DNA of 64,000 nucleotides from the human T2T-CHM13v2.0 reference genome, Homo sapiens (GCF_009914755.1 NC_060927.1), one strand, 5' to 3'. Counted from the stretch's first letter, positions 1 to 13,977 are shown. Translations and numbers: made by a program. Notes: generated from the sequence alone by a model not told the origin.

Positions 1-3000
1 CAAAAAGGAAATCAAAATACCGACACAAATGAAAATGGAAACATAACATATTAAAATTTATGAAATGCAGTGAGAACAGTCCTATGGGTGAAGTTTGTAG
101 TAACAAATACCTATTTCAAAAAGGAAGAAAGATCTCAAATAAATAATCTAATATTATACCACAGGGAACTAGAAAAATAAGAATAAGCAAAGCCGATAAG
201 CAGAAGGAAGCAAATAACAAAGAACAGAGCAGAAATAGATATTAGAGAAAAAAAAACAGAATAAAATAAAAACAACTGACAGTTTATTTTTTGAAAAGCT
301 AAACAATGTTGACAAGCCTCTAGCGAGACAAAGGAGAAAAAGAAGACAAATGAAGAGATCAGAAATGAAAGTGGAGACCACCAAGAAAAGTAATCCACAG
401 AAATACATTATAAGAAACTACTATAAATATACACCAACAAATGGAATAATCTAGAATAAGTGAATAAATTCCTACATACACATCAAATCTACCAAGATTG
501 AATCACGAAGAAATAGAAAATCTGAACAGACCAATAATGAGTAAGGAGATTGAATAAGTAATAAAAATACCCACCATCAAAGAAAAGCCCAGGACGAGAT
601 GGCTTCACTGCATAATTCTACCAAACATTAAAGAAGAATTAATGCCAATTATTTTCAAACTCTTCCAAAAAGTGAAGTGGAAAAAATAATTTCTAAACTC
701 TTTTGACAAGATGAGCATCACCCTGATACCAAAGCCAGACAATGACCAATAGCAGAGAAGAAAATTATAGGTCAATATCTCTGCTGAACATAGATGCGAA
801 AAATCCTCAACAAAATATCGTAAAACAAATTCAATGACACATTAAATCCCAGGGATTTATCCCTGGGATGCAAGGATGTTTCAAAATATAGAAATCAATA
901 AATGTAATACACCACATTAACAAAATGAAGAATAACAATTATGCGATCATCTCAATAGACGTGGAAAAAGTATTTCACAAAATTCAATACCTTTTCATGA
1001 TATAAACTCAACAGATTAAAGGGAATGTATTTCAACACAATGAATATATGAAAACCCATAGCTATTATCATTCTCAATAGTGAAAAGTTAAAAGCTTTTC
1101 CACTAAGATCAGGGACAAAACAAGGATGCCCACTCTTATCACTTCTTCTCAACATAGTACTGGAAGTTCTAGCCAGTGCAGTTAGGCAAGAGGGAAATAA
1201 AAAGGCATTCTAATAGTAAAGGAAGAACGAAATTGTCTCTATTTCCTGACAAAATAATCGTATATATATAAAACTCTAAAGACCTCACCACAAGGACAGG
1301 TGCAGTGGCTCACACCTGTAATCCTAGCAATTTGGGAGGCTGAGGTACGAGGATCAATTGAGCTCAGGAGTTAGAGACCAGCCTGAGCAATATAGTGAGA
1401 CCCCCATCTCAAAAAAGAAAACAAAAAAAAAAGACTCCACCACAAAACTGTTAGAACTGATAAATTTAGTAAATTTGCAGGATAGAAAATCAATATACAA
1501 AAATCAATAATGTTTCTATGTGCTAGTAAACTATCTGAAAAGAATATTAAGAAAGCAATCCCATTACAATAGCAACAAAAAAAATTAAATACTTACGGGT
1601 AAGTTTAACAATAGTTAGGTGTAAAAGATCTTTATACTTAGGTGTAAAAGACCCGTATATTTAACTATAAAACACTGATGAAAGAAATTGAAGAAAACAC
1701 AAATAAATTGAAAGATATCCTGTATTCATGGATTAGAAGAGTCAGCATTGTGAAAATGTCCATACTACCAAGGTGATCTACAGATTTAATGCAATCTGTA
1801 CCAAAATTCCAATGTCACTTTTCACAGAAATGGAAAATACAATTCTTAAATTTGTCTAGAACTACAAAAGCCCCCCAGTAGCCAAAACAATTTTGAGCCA
1901 AAAGGAATAAAGTTGGAGGCATCAAACTCCTTGATTTCAAAACATACTATAAGAGAATTGTTATCAAAACAGCATGGTACTGGCATAAAAACAGACACAT
2001 CAAGCAATGGAACAGAATGCAGAGTCAAGAAATAAACCCACAAATTAATGGTCAATTGATTTTTGACAAATGTGCCAAGAACACATAATAGAGAAATGAC
2101 AGTTTTTTCAATAAATTGTGTTGAGAAAACTGGATATCCATATGCAGAAAAATGAAATTGGAACTTTGTCTCACATTATAAACAAAAATAAACTGAAAAT
2201 GAATTAAAGATTTAATTGTAAGACCCAAAACTATAAAAATACCAGAAGAAAGCATGTGGAAAATCTTCATTAAAGTGGTTTGGGTAATAATTTTTTTAAT
2301 ATGACCCCAAAAGTACAGGCAACAAAGGCAAAAATAGATAAATGGGATGGCAGAAAACTAAAAAGCTTCTGCACAGAAAAGAAAACAATTAATAAAGTGA
2401 AGAGACAACCCACAGAATACGATAAAATACTTACAAACCATACATCTGATAAAGGATTAATATCCAAAATATATAAGGAATTCAATAGCAAGAAAACATA
2501 ATCTGATTTTAAAATGGGTAAAGGAACAGACATTTCTCAAAAGAAGACAGACAAATGGCCAACACGTACATTAAAAAAAGTTCAACATCTTTAATCATTA
2601 GAAAATGCAATTAAAACCACAATAAGGTATCATCTCATATGTATTAGAATGTCTTTTATCAAAAGATGAAAGACAAAGTGTTGGCGAGGATTCAGATAAA
2701 ACAGTCTGGCCTGTTCTCACGCTGCTAATAAAGACACACCTTGTGTATTGTTGGTGGAAATGTAAATTAATACAACCATTATGGAAAATAGTATAAAGGT
2801 TCCTCAAAATACTAAGAATAGTAGTATCATGTGATCCAGTAATCCCACACTGGTTATATATCCAAAGGAAGTGAAATTAACATGTCAAAGGGGTATCTAC
2901 ACTCCCATGTTCATGCAGCATTATTTACAATAGAAAAGATTATAGAAGCAACCTAAGTATCAATAAACAGATAATAGATAAAATGTGGTATATATACACA

Positions 3001-3645
3001 ATGGAATGCTATTTAACTTTAAAAACTGTGTAAATTCTGTCATTTGTGACAACAAGGATGAATCTGGAGGACATTATGCTAAGTAATATTAATAAGCCAG
3101 GCACAGAAAGACAAATACTGCACAATCTCACCCATATGTGGAATCTAAAAAAGTTGAACTCATAGAAGTAGAGAGTAGAATGATGGTTAACAACGACTGA
3201 GGAGGTGAGGAGGGGAGAAATGAATTGTTGATCAAAGGGCACAAAGTTTCAGACAGACAGAGGAATATGTTTTGAGATCTACTGCACAGTAGTTAAGACC
3301 CAAAGTCTTAACTCATTTATTTCAGCATTAACTCAAAAGTCCAGAGTCTAAAGTCTCATCTGAGACAAGGCAAGTCCCTTCTGCCTATAAGCCTATAAAA
3401 TCAAAAGCAAGTTAGTTACTTCCCAGATACAACGGGGTACAGGCATTGGGTGACCATAGTCTATTATAACATATTGTATATTTCAAAATAAGAGTAAATT
3501 TCATATGTCTCATTATAATAAATGATAGGTAAAAGAGGTAATGAATACATTAATTTGCTTGATTTAATCATACATTGTGTATATTAAAACATCACATTGT
3601 ATCCTATAAATGTATATAACTATTTGTCACTCAGAAATAATAAAC
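1..3645 (+). mobile_element. LINE-1, old L1MA-type (about L1MA4-8), degenerate ORF2 and 3'UTR; begins before the window
   Basis: ORF2-like peptide 2280-2501 ([15 protein letters not shown]); L1MA-type 3'UTR 'gttgaactcatagaagtagagagtagaatg'; A-rich end near 3640; many stops and frameshifts. Confidence 0.9.
1294..1432 (+). mobile_element. Alu left monomer (FLAM-like) inserted in L1
   Basis: Single Alu arm plus A-tail; degenerate TSD aaagacctcaccacaa (1278-1293) / aaagactccaccacaa (1430-1445). Confidence 0.9.
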
Positions 3646-4249
3646 ATAAATTATGTATTCACATCCAACAAAGTCTAAATGACATCATAGAGCAATGTAC
3701 GAATAAAGATTCTGATACAATTCAAATGGGAAAAAGATATCACATATTGACATCAACATAACAAATGCAAAGAATCTAGATATAAAATCAATAGTATATT
3801 CACATGGTGTGCAGATTTTATTTTAGTAATACATTATGTTTCATTAAATTTATCCTAATTGAAATTGTATTGAGTTTTTAGTTTCATCATATTAAAATTA
3901 TACAGTTACACATAAATTATAAATTTACATAGTACTATACAAGCACTATAAATATAAGGAGTTTGTATACAGTTTTCTGTTGGCCTATGTTAATTTGATA
4001 AAAATAAATTAGCACTAGCCATCTTTAGAAATTTTCTGATCCCTAAAATGTGATCTATCTGAGATGCTGGAGATGTTCTATATTTTGATATGAATGGTAG
4101 TTACCTGGATGAGCATATGTTTACAAATCCATTATACTGAACACTTAATATTTGTGTACTTTATTGTATCTACATTATACCTTCATGAAAAGGTAAAAAA
4201 ATAATATCCAAACAAGAAAATAAAAGTAGTGTTTTTTGAGTTTGAGGAA

Positions 4250-4405
4250 ACATTGGTATAGCAGCTTTGGAAGAGGCAGACTTAGCTCCCAGTTGCAATT
4301 CTACCACTTATTAGCTAGGTAACCTGGGGCAGTCTACTTAACCAGTACAAGCCCCATTTTCTCCACCTGTAAAATGAGGATAATAATGGATCCTTGCAAA
4401 ATGTT
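4250..4405 (+). mobile_element. MIR, interrupted by THE1 and resuming about 4861-4925
   Basis: MIR core-like 'ttctaccacttattagctaggtaacctggggc...ctgtaaaatgaggataataa'. Confidence 0.65.
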
Positions 4406-4860
4406 TGTATTAGTCTGGTCTGTTCTAATGCTGCTAATAAAGACATACCTAGGAGAGGGTAATTTATAAAGGAAAGAGAGGTTTAATGGACTCACAGTTC
4501 CACACGGTTGGGGTGGCCTCACAACCATGGTGGAAGATGAAGGAAGAGCAAAGGGATGTCTTACCTGGCAGCAGGCAAGAGGGAGCTTATGCAGGGGAAC
4601 TCCCCTATATAAAACCATCAGATCTCATAAGACTTACTCAGTATCACAAGAACAGCATGGGAAAATCCCACCCCCATGATTCAATTAACTCCCACTGGGT
4701 CCCTCCTGTGACATCTGGGAATTATGGGAGCTACAATTCAAGATGAGATTTGGGTGGAGACACAGCCAAACCATATCATTCTGCCCTGGCCCCTCCCAAA
4801 TCTCATGTCCTCACATTTCAAAACCAATCATGTCTTCCCAACAGTCCCCCAAAGTCTTAA
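4406..4860 (-). mobile_element. THE1 (MaLR, THE1B/C-like) LTR 4406-4778 plus about 80 bp of internal sequence 4779-4860
   Basis: 'tgtattagt...ccaaaccatatca' is the reverse complement of a THE1 LTR; followed by THE1-int 'ttctgccctggcccctcccaaatctcatgtcc'. Confidence 0.9.
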
Positions 4861-5429
4861 GGGAAATCTTGTAGGTAAAATACCTAAAACAGACCAGTAT
4901 GTAACAATGTTTACTAAATAATAGTGATAAAGGAGGCTTCCTTTATCACAAAGAAGGAAGGAAAAAGCAAGCAAGCTTTGGCTGAATATGATACACACAA
5001 GCATGCATTATGCACACATACAACTACATATACGTTATTTTGAAGGCTGCAAGTATAGAAGGAAGGTGATAACAGCAGTTCTTTTTAAAATGTGGTATGA
5101 CAGTGTTATACAGAAAGGGCTAGAGTAGAAACTAGAGTGTAGGAAGTCTGCAAAAATATTCATTATAACTTTCAATATCCAAACTATATAAATCAGTAAA
5201 TGTCATGTCCTGTAATGAGCTTTAGAGAGCTACAGAAACTATTTTGTCTGTCTGGATTTTCCTCCAGGCTTCAAAAAGCATTTATCAAGTAACTATTTGC
5301 TGCAGAACTAATAAAGAGCATAATAATCCTTCCTTCCCAGGAACACAAGAGCTAAATGAATGGATATATTTTTCAAAATCAATAAAGAAAAAATTGCATA
5401 TTTGTATTAGACTCAAGGAAAGACATAAT

Positions 5430-5960
5430 GGCTGTGGATTTTTAAAGCTCAGGATGTACACTGTCAGTGCTGCTCAGATACCAGAAGAATGGGAGGGCCG
5501 TTTCAGATAAGGTAGTCAGCAAAGTTCTCTCTGAGGTGACATCCAAGTTGAAGTACATTAAGAAGGTAGCCAAATGATATTCAGAGGAAGAGCATTCTAA
5601 GCATATGGGAAGGAGCATGCCTGGTGTGTTCAAAAAAAAGCAAGGAGCAGAGTGAGCTAAAGTAAAGAAATAGAAGATAACGTGGCCAGAGAAATAGTGA
5701 CGGGGCAGATCAAGGGAGATTATGGACCATGATAAGAACTTTGAATGTTATTTATTATTTTATTAAATTGTATTTATTTATAAGAACTTTGAATTTGTTT
5801 TTATTCTGAGTGAAATGAGAAACCCCTGGAAAATTCTCAACAAAGAAGTGATAACATGTAACTTGACTTTTTACAAACATTACTCTGGTTGCTATTTTGA
5901 AAAGGGACTTTAGTGCGGGAAAGGACAGAGGCATGGAGAACATTTGGTAAGGGGATCCAA
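5430..5960. mobile_element. L2 fragment
   Basis: L2-like motifs 'ttctctctgaggtgacat', 'attactctggttgct'. Confidence 0.6.
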
Positions 5961-7189
5961 AGAAAAGCATATTGGCTTTCTTCTTTCCTCCCATTGGATA
6001 GAACTCCTGGAGAGCCACTCTTGAAGACTGGGAGTAACCTCAGAGAAGGGGAGAGAAACATCTCACTTCTCAAGGTGGAACCACAGAAGCAGAGGTCCAC
6101 CTCAGCACGACCACCAAGGTTGGAACACAGAGAGTGAGTTCATGGAAACACCTGATATGTTACCCTGGAAATTGAAGGCATCTGAGAACAGGAAAATGGA
6201 TGCTTGCCTTTCACCTGAAGATTATGAAGGTGGCTGGAGCCGCCCATGGTGGTAGCAAACAGAGGAGGAGGCAAGGGAGAACACTCTAGTTTCCCCAGAG
6301 CTGAAGTAACAATATGAATTTCTACAGGCCAATGCGAGACTACAGAAAGTAACCAGCCTAGAGCTACCCTATATAACCTACATTACTGTCTGGAATAGAG
6401 AAATCCAAGAGAAACAGAGAGAAGGTGCCCCTCTAGGAGCAGGGGCTGAGTTGGGTCACAGGAAGTCATCTCTGGAGACACTGGCTGTGCAGTGCCTTCT
6501 TTATTAGGGGCCTCTTATAGCCCCTTCTTTATTAGACAGCCTTTACAACCAGATTACATGTAAGATTTCTTACCTTTTTTCTATATTCTCCCTTATTTCA
6601 CCATCTACCCTGGAGGAAACAGATAAAGTAGGAAAGGAGTAAAAAAAAAAAAAATAAAAAAGAGATGATCTAGTAAAAGTACACGTTCTGCTTCACCTGT
6701 CTTTACTTCATGAACCCTAACCTTGCCATCCTGCTCCATAAGCATGCTGGAAACATTCATACCCAGAGGATTTCTTGTCATCAGGGCCATTGCTACTCAT
6801 CTCTCATTATAACCTATAAGGTTATTATAAGGACTCAGGGTAGTTTGCATAATATTTATAGACAACACCATAGCCAATTATGGAAATAAGGGTTTTTTTC
6901 TAAACAGGACGTAGAGAAATAAGGTCATTCCTGTCTTCCAGCTGAATGCTGCTGTCTTTATTTGATCTTGACAGAAATTCATCCACAGCTGCTTGCATAA
7001 GGTATAACAAGGATCTCTTTAAACCTGTGGGGAGACTAAAAATGGGGCTTTAGAGTTCCAATTACTTAGTGCCTGATGCATGAAGAATCATATAAATAAA
7101 TGATAGAGAAATAAATAAGTAGAGCATAAATGATAGAGAATATTGACTATAGTGTAGACTATAGATAATTTGAATGATTATAGACTCAT

Positions 7190-7830
7190 TGTTTCAACAA
7201 GTTCTTGTTGAGTATTTACTACATGGTAGGCACTGAGTGTTGAGTAGATCTGTCACTATCAAATTTTATATATAATATAAAATATCTGCCTCCCCCATTT
7301 CATTGTGAGAAATCTATTATTATATAATCCTAAATAGAGATAAGTACTATGAAGCAAAATAATAAGATGTAACAATGGAGAACTCTACATTTGGGCATTA
7401 GGGGGAAGTTCTCTGAGCAAGTGATATTTAAGCTGATGATTGAAGGATAAGAAGATAACAGCAGATGAAGAATTGGAGACCACGGTATGGAAAAGAATTT
7501 GGTGTTTGCCAGAAATTTAAGGAACGCTAGTACGACTGGAGCTTAGAGTGAAAAGTGGAAAATAGTGTAAAATACAGTTAGATGTAAGGTAGAGCATGTG
7601 CCTTATAGACATCCAGGGTCTTGTAGACTTTTCAAATAAATTGTTTGGATTTTACTCCCAGTATGAGAAAACTGAAGGTTTTAAACTTTACTGGTCCACA
7701 TTTTAAAAGATCACCGTGGCTGCAGGCTGTGTAGGAGAATGAATTGACAAGGAGTCAAAATAAGGACCAGTAAGGAGACTATGCAGAAGATAAAGAAAAA
7801 AATGATGTCTTGAATTTGATGGTGCAGCAA
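7190..7830. mobile_element. L2 fragment
   Basis: 'ttgagtatttactacatggtaggcactg', 'aaaagatcaccgtggctgc'. Confidence 0.55.
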
Positions 7831-8699
7831 AGGGGAGGAAAATTAAGCCCTTTTTCCTTCTGATTCCACATACTTGAAAGGGACAAGCATATCTACTGTC
7901 AGTTTAACTACCACTTCTATGCTTATGACTCCTGAATCTCTGTAGCTACAGTTACGTTCCTAAAACCCACACTCTCTAAACTCCCTTCTTCCTCATATCC
8001 AGTTGCTTAACGGACGCTTCCTCTTAGATAGCACAAATTGAAATGGAACTCTTTGTCTTCCCCTCAAAACTTGGTGCCTTTGTGACTTCTCATCACTCTC
8101 CCCATCACTTGAAATCAAAATTTTGGCATCACATTTGGTGCCTCCCTTTCTGTCCAACTCCCATGTCCACGATGGCGAAGTACTAAAAGTATATGCTCTA
8201 GAGTCAGAATGCTTAGGCCAATGAATTGGAACGGTATTACGGGACATTTATCTGGTATGTGGTTGCCATTGCTATGGTCTCAATGGCACATTGTATTTTA
8301 GTAATTATTTTTAATTTCAACCACTGCATGCCCTGGAGAGGCAGTAAATCTACCTAATTGCACCAATAGTTTCTGTCCAAATCAAGTCAACATAGCAGCA
8401 CTGAGTTGAAGAATGGATATGGTCTGATCCTCCTCAGTTGTTTTAAGAAGAGAAATATTACTTCCTTACTTAACTATAATTTTCTCAATGAATAGTATGC
8501 AGACAGCCACAGTCCTTATACTGCAAAGTACAATCATGATAAACAGTGAGCTATGGTGGCTCTGGAGGAAGACAGGCCTAGTTTTTCAAGAAAATCTAAA
8601 AATTAACCCAGTTAGAGGGAGAGCTGACATTTTAGAAAGTACTGACAGAGACTTTGCAGTTATGAGAGAATGAGAAAGAGTACGATCTGCAAGAAAGAG

Positions 8700-9220
8700 C
8701 AGTTTGAATGAGAGGAGCAAATGGCGAAAAGTGATACCTACACACGGTGGGGAGGAGGAAGAAATAGAACTCAAAGGATTCAGAGAAGCAGAGCTCAGAG
8801 ATGCTAATGATCTTCCCTTTGCCCCTCCAAATCCACTCTCCACCTGCTCTCTGGTGGGGAAAGGTATGCGTATATGCACCTCTATAGACATTTACAAGCT
8901 CTCTTGTCCTATTGCTTCCAGTTGGGTATAGTAAAAAGGAATACGCCACCAAAAGTTAAGAGAAAGGAGAAAGGAAAATTGGGGTATTTATTCCTTTGGC
9001 TCCCCACTGCAGGGTTTTTATGGCCTAGACTGTGACCCTCAACTAAAAGCCACAGCTCCTGTTACCAACAGGCCATTGTTATCACACCCAGATTACTGCA
9101 TTATCCCTTGAATTTTCCCTACATTCAGCCCCTACACCCTTATAAATTATTGCTTTATTAAACTCTGAAATTACTCAATTTGTATGTGCCATCTATTTCT
9201 TGCCAGGATCCTTACTAAGA
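8700..9220 (+). mobile_element. Old ERVL-class LTR remnant (LTR33-like, tentative)
   Basis: 3' end 'ttattaaactct...gtgccatctatttcttgccaggatcct' resembles ERVL LTR termini; start boundary uncertain. Confidence 0.35.
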
Positions 9221-11060
9221 AGAGGTAAAGGATTAGAATTAGAAAACATGAGAGTAATTATGAAAAAAGGAAGATTAGTGAGTTACACGCTTAAAAGGCC
9301 AGCTGTTCCTTTGCTGAGTGAGAAATGAAAAGGTTTCCAGTGGATGCTCTTACTCCCATCCTGTTCTGTTTTGTTTTTTTTTTCCAGGGGCCAGTTAAAC
9401 AATGTTTACACCTATTTGAGCTGAGTCCAAAATAAGTAAGTGCCTAATGGCAAGGTTCGTTTAACCTCAATCATTTCAGGAAAGCATTCTACTAATGTCT
9501 AAAATAATTGGGGGATGGGGCATAGAGTAAAAGAGTGGCAAAGAACCCACCAAGGAAGCCAACCTTCTTTCATTATTTTGAAAGACAGGAGATTTTCAAG
9601 CTCAGCAAGCTTCCCATTCAGCAGTGAACCTAATTAATGTAAACAGAATTTTAGAATGAACCAAACCCTACTCCTAGGCAGCAGGAGCTAACATTTCTCT
9701 TCAATTATTATGTAAGGTCACATCTCACAGTTGTGTTCTGGACACCCCCTCCCTTTATTCAATTTGTCTTCCCATCTGCTGCCACTTCCCAGAGAGCCCA
9801 AGAACAGAGAGACCCCAGACCATTGCATGCTCTGGAATGGCCCAAACTCTCCTGCCCTACTTGTATTATGCACAAACAGATGCTATGCCACAAGACCTAC
9901 TCAAAACACGGAGCTCAGGGACAGTGGAGGTAGCAGCTGAACAGAAGGGCACACAGGGAGAGACTTAAAAGCATTTTTGAATGCTAATTCTATAGCCAGA
10001 GTTGTTATTCCTTTGCTGCTTATAAACTTAGGATACAGCTTCCTGCACACTCTACCATCTGGAAATGCAGAATTGCTACTATTTTCTAACAAAGATAGAT
10101 TATATCACTGCCAATAACATTACATCTGTCTTAAGGAAAATTGGGGGTTTTAAGGGTTGTGAGTGAAGGGTAGGGGAAATCAGATTGTCTGTGCAAATGA
10201 AGTATGCCTTAATTATGTAAATGCTGCTAAGGAAAGTGTATGGAAAACTATCATACAACCCAAACACAGATATCATAGTGCACGTTATTCTAAAATTTTA
10301 AATTTTAGGTTAGAGTGAGAATTTTTTTTAAAAAAGCATTTTTTAAAGTATAACATATTTAAGGAATGTATTTGAAGACTGAGAAATTTATATTTGATTA
10401 TTCATATATTATAGCACATATACAATATTATCATACCTCTTTCAGAATTAGATTTTGTAATAACACTGGTGAACTCAATATAAAATTAAACTAAATTTTA
10501 TAATTGTATATAGAATTTTTCACCTCTCAACTACTTTTTCTTTGTTTATGTTCATTTATAAAACTCTATTATGTGCTTAGCTACAAGTTTCTAAAAATAG
10601 AGTCTATATTCATCACCAAACAAAAATGGAAATACATAATTAAAAGTTGACCAGGATAAAACTTTAACTACTTGGAAATTAAGAATCATGATTCTAAATA
10701 ACCTTCAGAACAAAGAATAAATCAAGACAAAGTTTCTAGAAAGCATGGAAAAAAACAAACCCTTCAAACCATTTATTTATTTAGACAATGAACATTTACT
10801 GAACATCTGCAATGTCAAAGAAGGCACTTTTCCAGAACTTGGGCTGTGAAAACAAGAGCTATGAGAAGGACAGGATCCTTCTCCCAACGTGAAGCAATCA
10901 GAGGCTTCATAGAAATATATGCTAAGGACTGTGGGAGTCCAAAAGAAAAAAATTATTAATTCCAATTGATCAGAATACAAAAGAATAATAAAGTGGCAAT
11001 TGAGTAAATAAGTTATTTGGGAATGTGCTGGCTTTGGTTAGGGAGAGAAATTGAGGAGAG

Positions 11061-11424
11061 TGTATTAGTCCATTTTCACACTGCTACGAAGATACTACCC
11101 GAGACTGGGTAATTTATAAACAAAACAGATTCAATTGACTCACAGTTCTGCATGGCTGGGGAGGCCTCAGGAGACTTAGAATCATGGTGGAAGGTGAAAT
11201 GGGAAGCAGGCACTTTGTCCGGTGGTAGGAGAGAGAGCGAGCATGCAGGGGAAACAGCCACTTTTAAAACCATGAGATCTCGTGAAAACTCTCACTACCA
11301 CGAGAACAGCATGGGGGAAAGTGCCTTCATAATCCAATCACCTCCCATTAGGTCCCTCCCTCCACTCATGAGGACTACAATTTGAGTGGAGACTTGGGTG
11401 GAGACACAGAGGCAAACTATATCA
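11061..11424 (-). mobile_element. MST (MaLR) solo LTR
   Basis: 'tgtattagtccattttcacactgcta...aaactatatca'; ggagag on both flanks (one base offset on the right). Confidence 0.9.
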
Positions 11425-11559
11425 GGGAGAGTACATTCTGGGAGGCAGGAAGGCTCAAAGACACAGAGGCAGGAACATGGAATGGGTGACACCAGTTCAG
11501 CTTTACCTGTCAGAAGCTAAGCCTGCAACAGCAAGATGAATATAAGTTGCACATGGCCT

Positions 11560-11715
11560 TGGGTGTGCAAGCTTTAATGTGCAAAGCACCTGGAGACCTT
11601 GTTAAAAAGAAGATTTCTGATTGAGTAGGTCTGGGGTAAGACATAAGAGTCTCCAGTTCTAGCTAGCTTCCAGGTGATGCCAATAACGATGAGTAGGCTG
11701 ATACTTCCAGCAGTT
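11560..11715. mobile_element. MER5A-like hAT-Charlie DNA transposon remnant
   Basis: 'cacctggagaccttgttaaaa...ttctgattgagtaggtctggggt...ccaggtgatgc'. Confidence 0.65.
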
Positions 11716-11784
11716 AGGTGGTAAATGATGCAAGAGTGGGAATCGTGAAGTTTTGATGTCCTTGGAGAAAGATGATATAACATA

Positions 11785-12000
11785 GCCATTAACATAGTGT
11801 CATAGCCATTAAACTGGATTGAAATTGTAATTCCTGTATTTGTTAGCTGTGTATCCTTAGGCAACTTACCTGTGGAGCATTTGTTTTCTCATTTATAACG
11901 TGAAAAAATAATTACTCCCCAAAGTCTTGTTAGGATTACATGAGAGAATGATTGTAAAGTGCTTAGGATCGTGTACAACACGTAGTAAATACCCAATATG
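11785..12000 (+). mobile_element. MIR
   Basis: 'ttagctgtgtatccttaggcaacttacc...ttctcatttataa...gtaaagtgctta'. Confidence 0.65.
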
Positions 12001-12774
12001 TTGTGGAATTATTTCCTACAACCTGTAACGTGAGAGCACTCTTTTTCTCCACTGCTGCCCGACTTAAGCTGTAACTCACTGACTTTTTTGAAATTGTGCT
12101 ATGTTCTGGTGCTTCTACATTGCACATCCACTGCCTCTTGCCTCCAAGAATGAACACATAGTAGAAAGACCAAAACAACAGGTAGGTACATAGTTACAAA
12201 ATTTAAAATGGTTAAAACTTTTAAGGATGAGCAGAAGAATACAGTGGAAGACCATAAAATATTGAAGGGCGTTATGGTACAGTTTTAGATCATGTCAATA
12301 ATTAATGAATTAATGAAATGTCAAATAATTATTGTTCTACTTAAAACAAAGGTGTTACGGGAAAAAGTGATTACTTTCAGCAGTTCATACAGAGGAAATA
12401 TGTTCATCTGAGAGGTAGATTTAAAGGAATAGACAAATAAGTTGTCAAGTTTGTGATCTAAAATATAGATGAGAAATGTCATTTACAGGACAATGATTTT
12501 GCTGAAAGGGAGAGAAATTACCAAAGAAACCAATATTCCAGAATCTCAGTTTAAGGGAAATTTTTTATTTCTTGTCAAAATGCATTGGCTTTAGTGAAAA
12601 AATAGACAATTTCAGAAACTTCCAGTTATTTTTGGAAATACTTATCCCTTCCAGTGAGTGGTTTTCTGTGTTTCCTTTATTAAATTACTCTTAGACAATA
12701 CCAACTAAATACATATATTTTACATATATCTTCATTTGTTACTACACTCAAAGGTAAAAAATTTATCATGGTAG

Positions 12775-13340
<566 letters not shown>

Positions 13341-13977
13341 TCAAAAGATATTACTGAACATCTTCCAGGGCCAGGTCCCTCATGAACTCATAATAACTTG
13401 GAGAATGCTAATGGGAAGTCTGGAGGATTGGGATGGTAGAGAATCAGTTTATGAAAAAAAAACAATGTAATTGGTATTTCAAGATGGCCAAATAGGAAAA
13501 ACTCCAGTCTACAGCTCCTAGCATGGGCAACACAGAAGACAGATGATTTCTGCATTTCCAACTGAGCTTTGAAAAGAGCAGTGGTTTTCCCAGCATGGAG
13601 TTTGAGACCTGAGAACGGACAGACTGCCTCCTCAAGTGGGTCCCTGACCTCTGAGTAGCCTAACTGAGAGACACCTCCCAGGAGGGGCCGACTGACACCT
13701 CTGAGACGAAGCTTCCAGAGGAAGGATCAGGCAGCAACATTTGCTGTTCTGCAGTATTTGCTGTTCTGAAGTCTCCGCTGGTGACACCCAAGCAAACAGG
13801 GTCTGGAGTAGACCTCCAGCAAACTCAAACAGACCTGCAGCTGAGGGTCCTGACTGTTAGAAGGAAAACTAACAAACAGAAAGGAATAACATCAACACCA
13901 ATAAAAAGGACATACACACCAAAACCCCATTTACAGGTCACCATCATCAAAGACCAAAGGTAGATAAAATCACAAAG

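Noticed and set aside
1616-1660. Short tandem duplication ttaggtgtaaaaga x2 in L1
   Set aside because: Ordinary slippage duplication in a dead element
13452-13475. TSD for the 13.5-20.7 kb L1
   Set aside because: Only an A-run plus aatg matches the 3' flank; too weak to call
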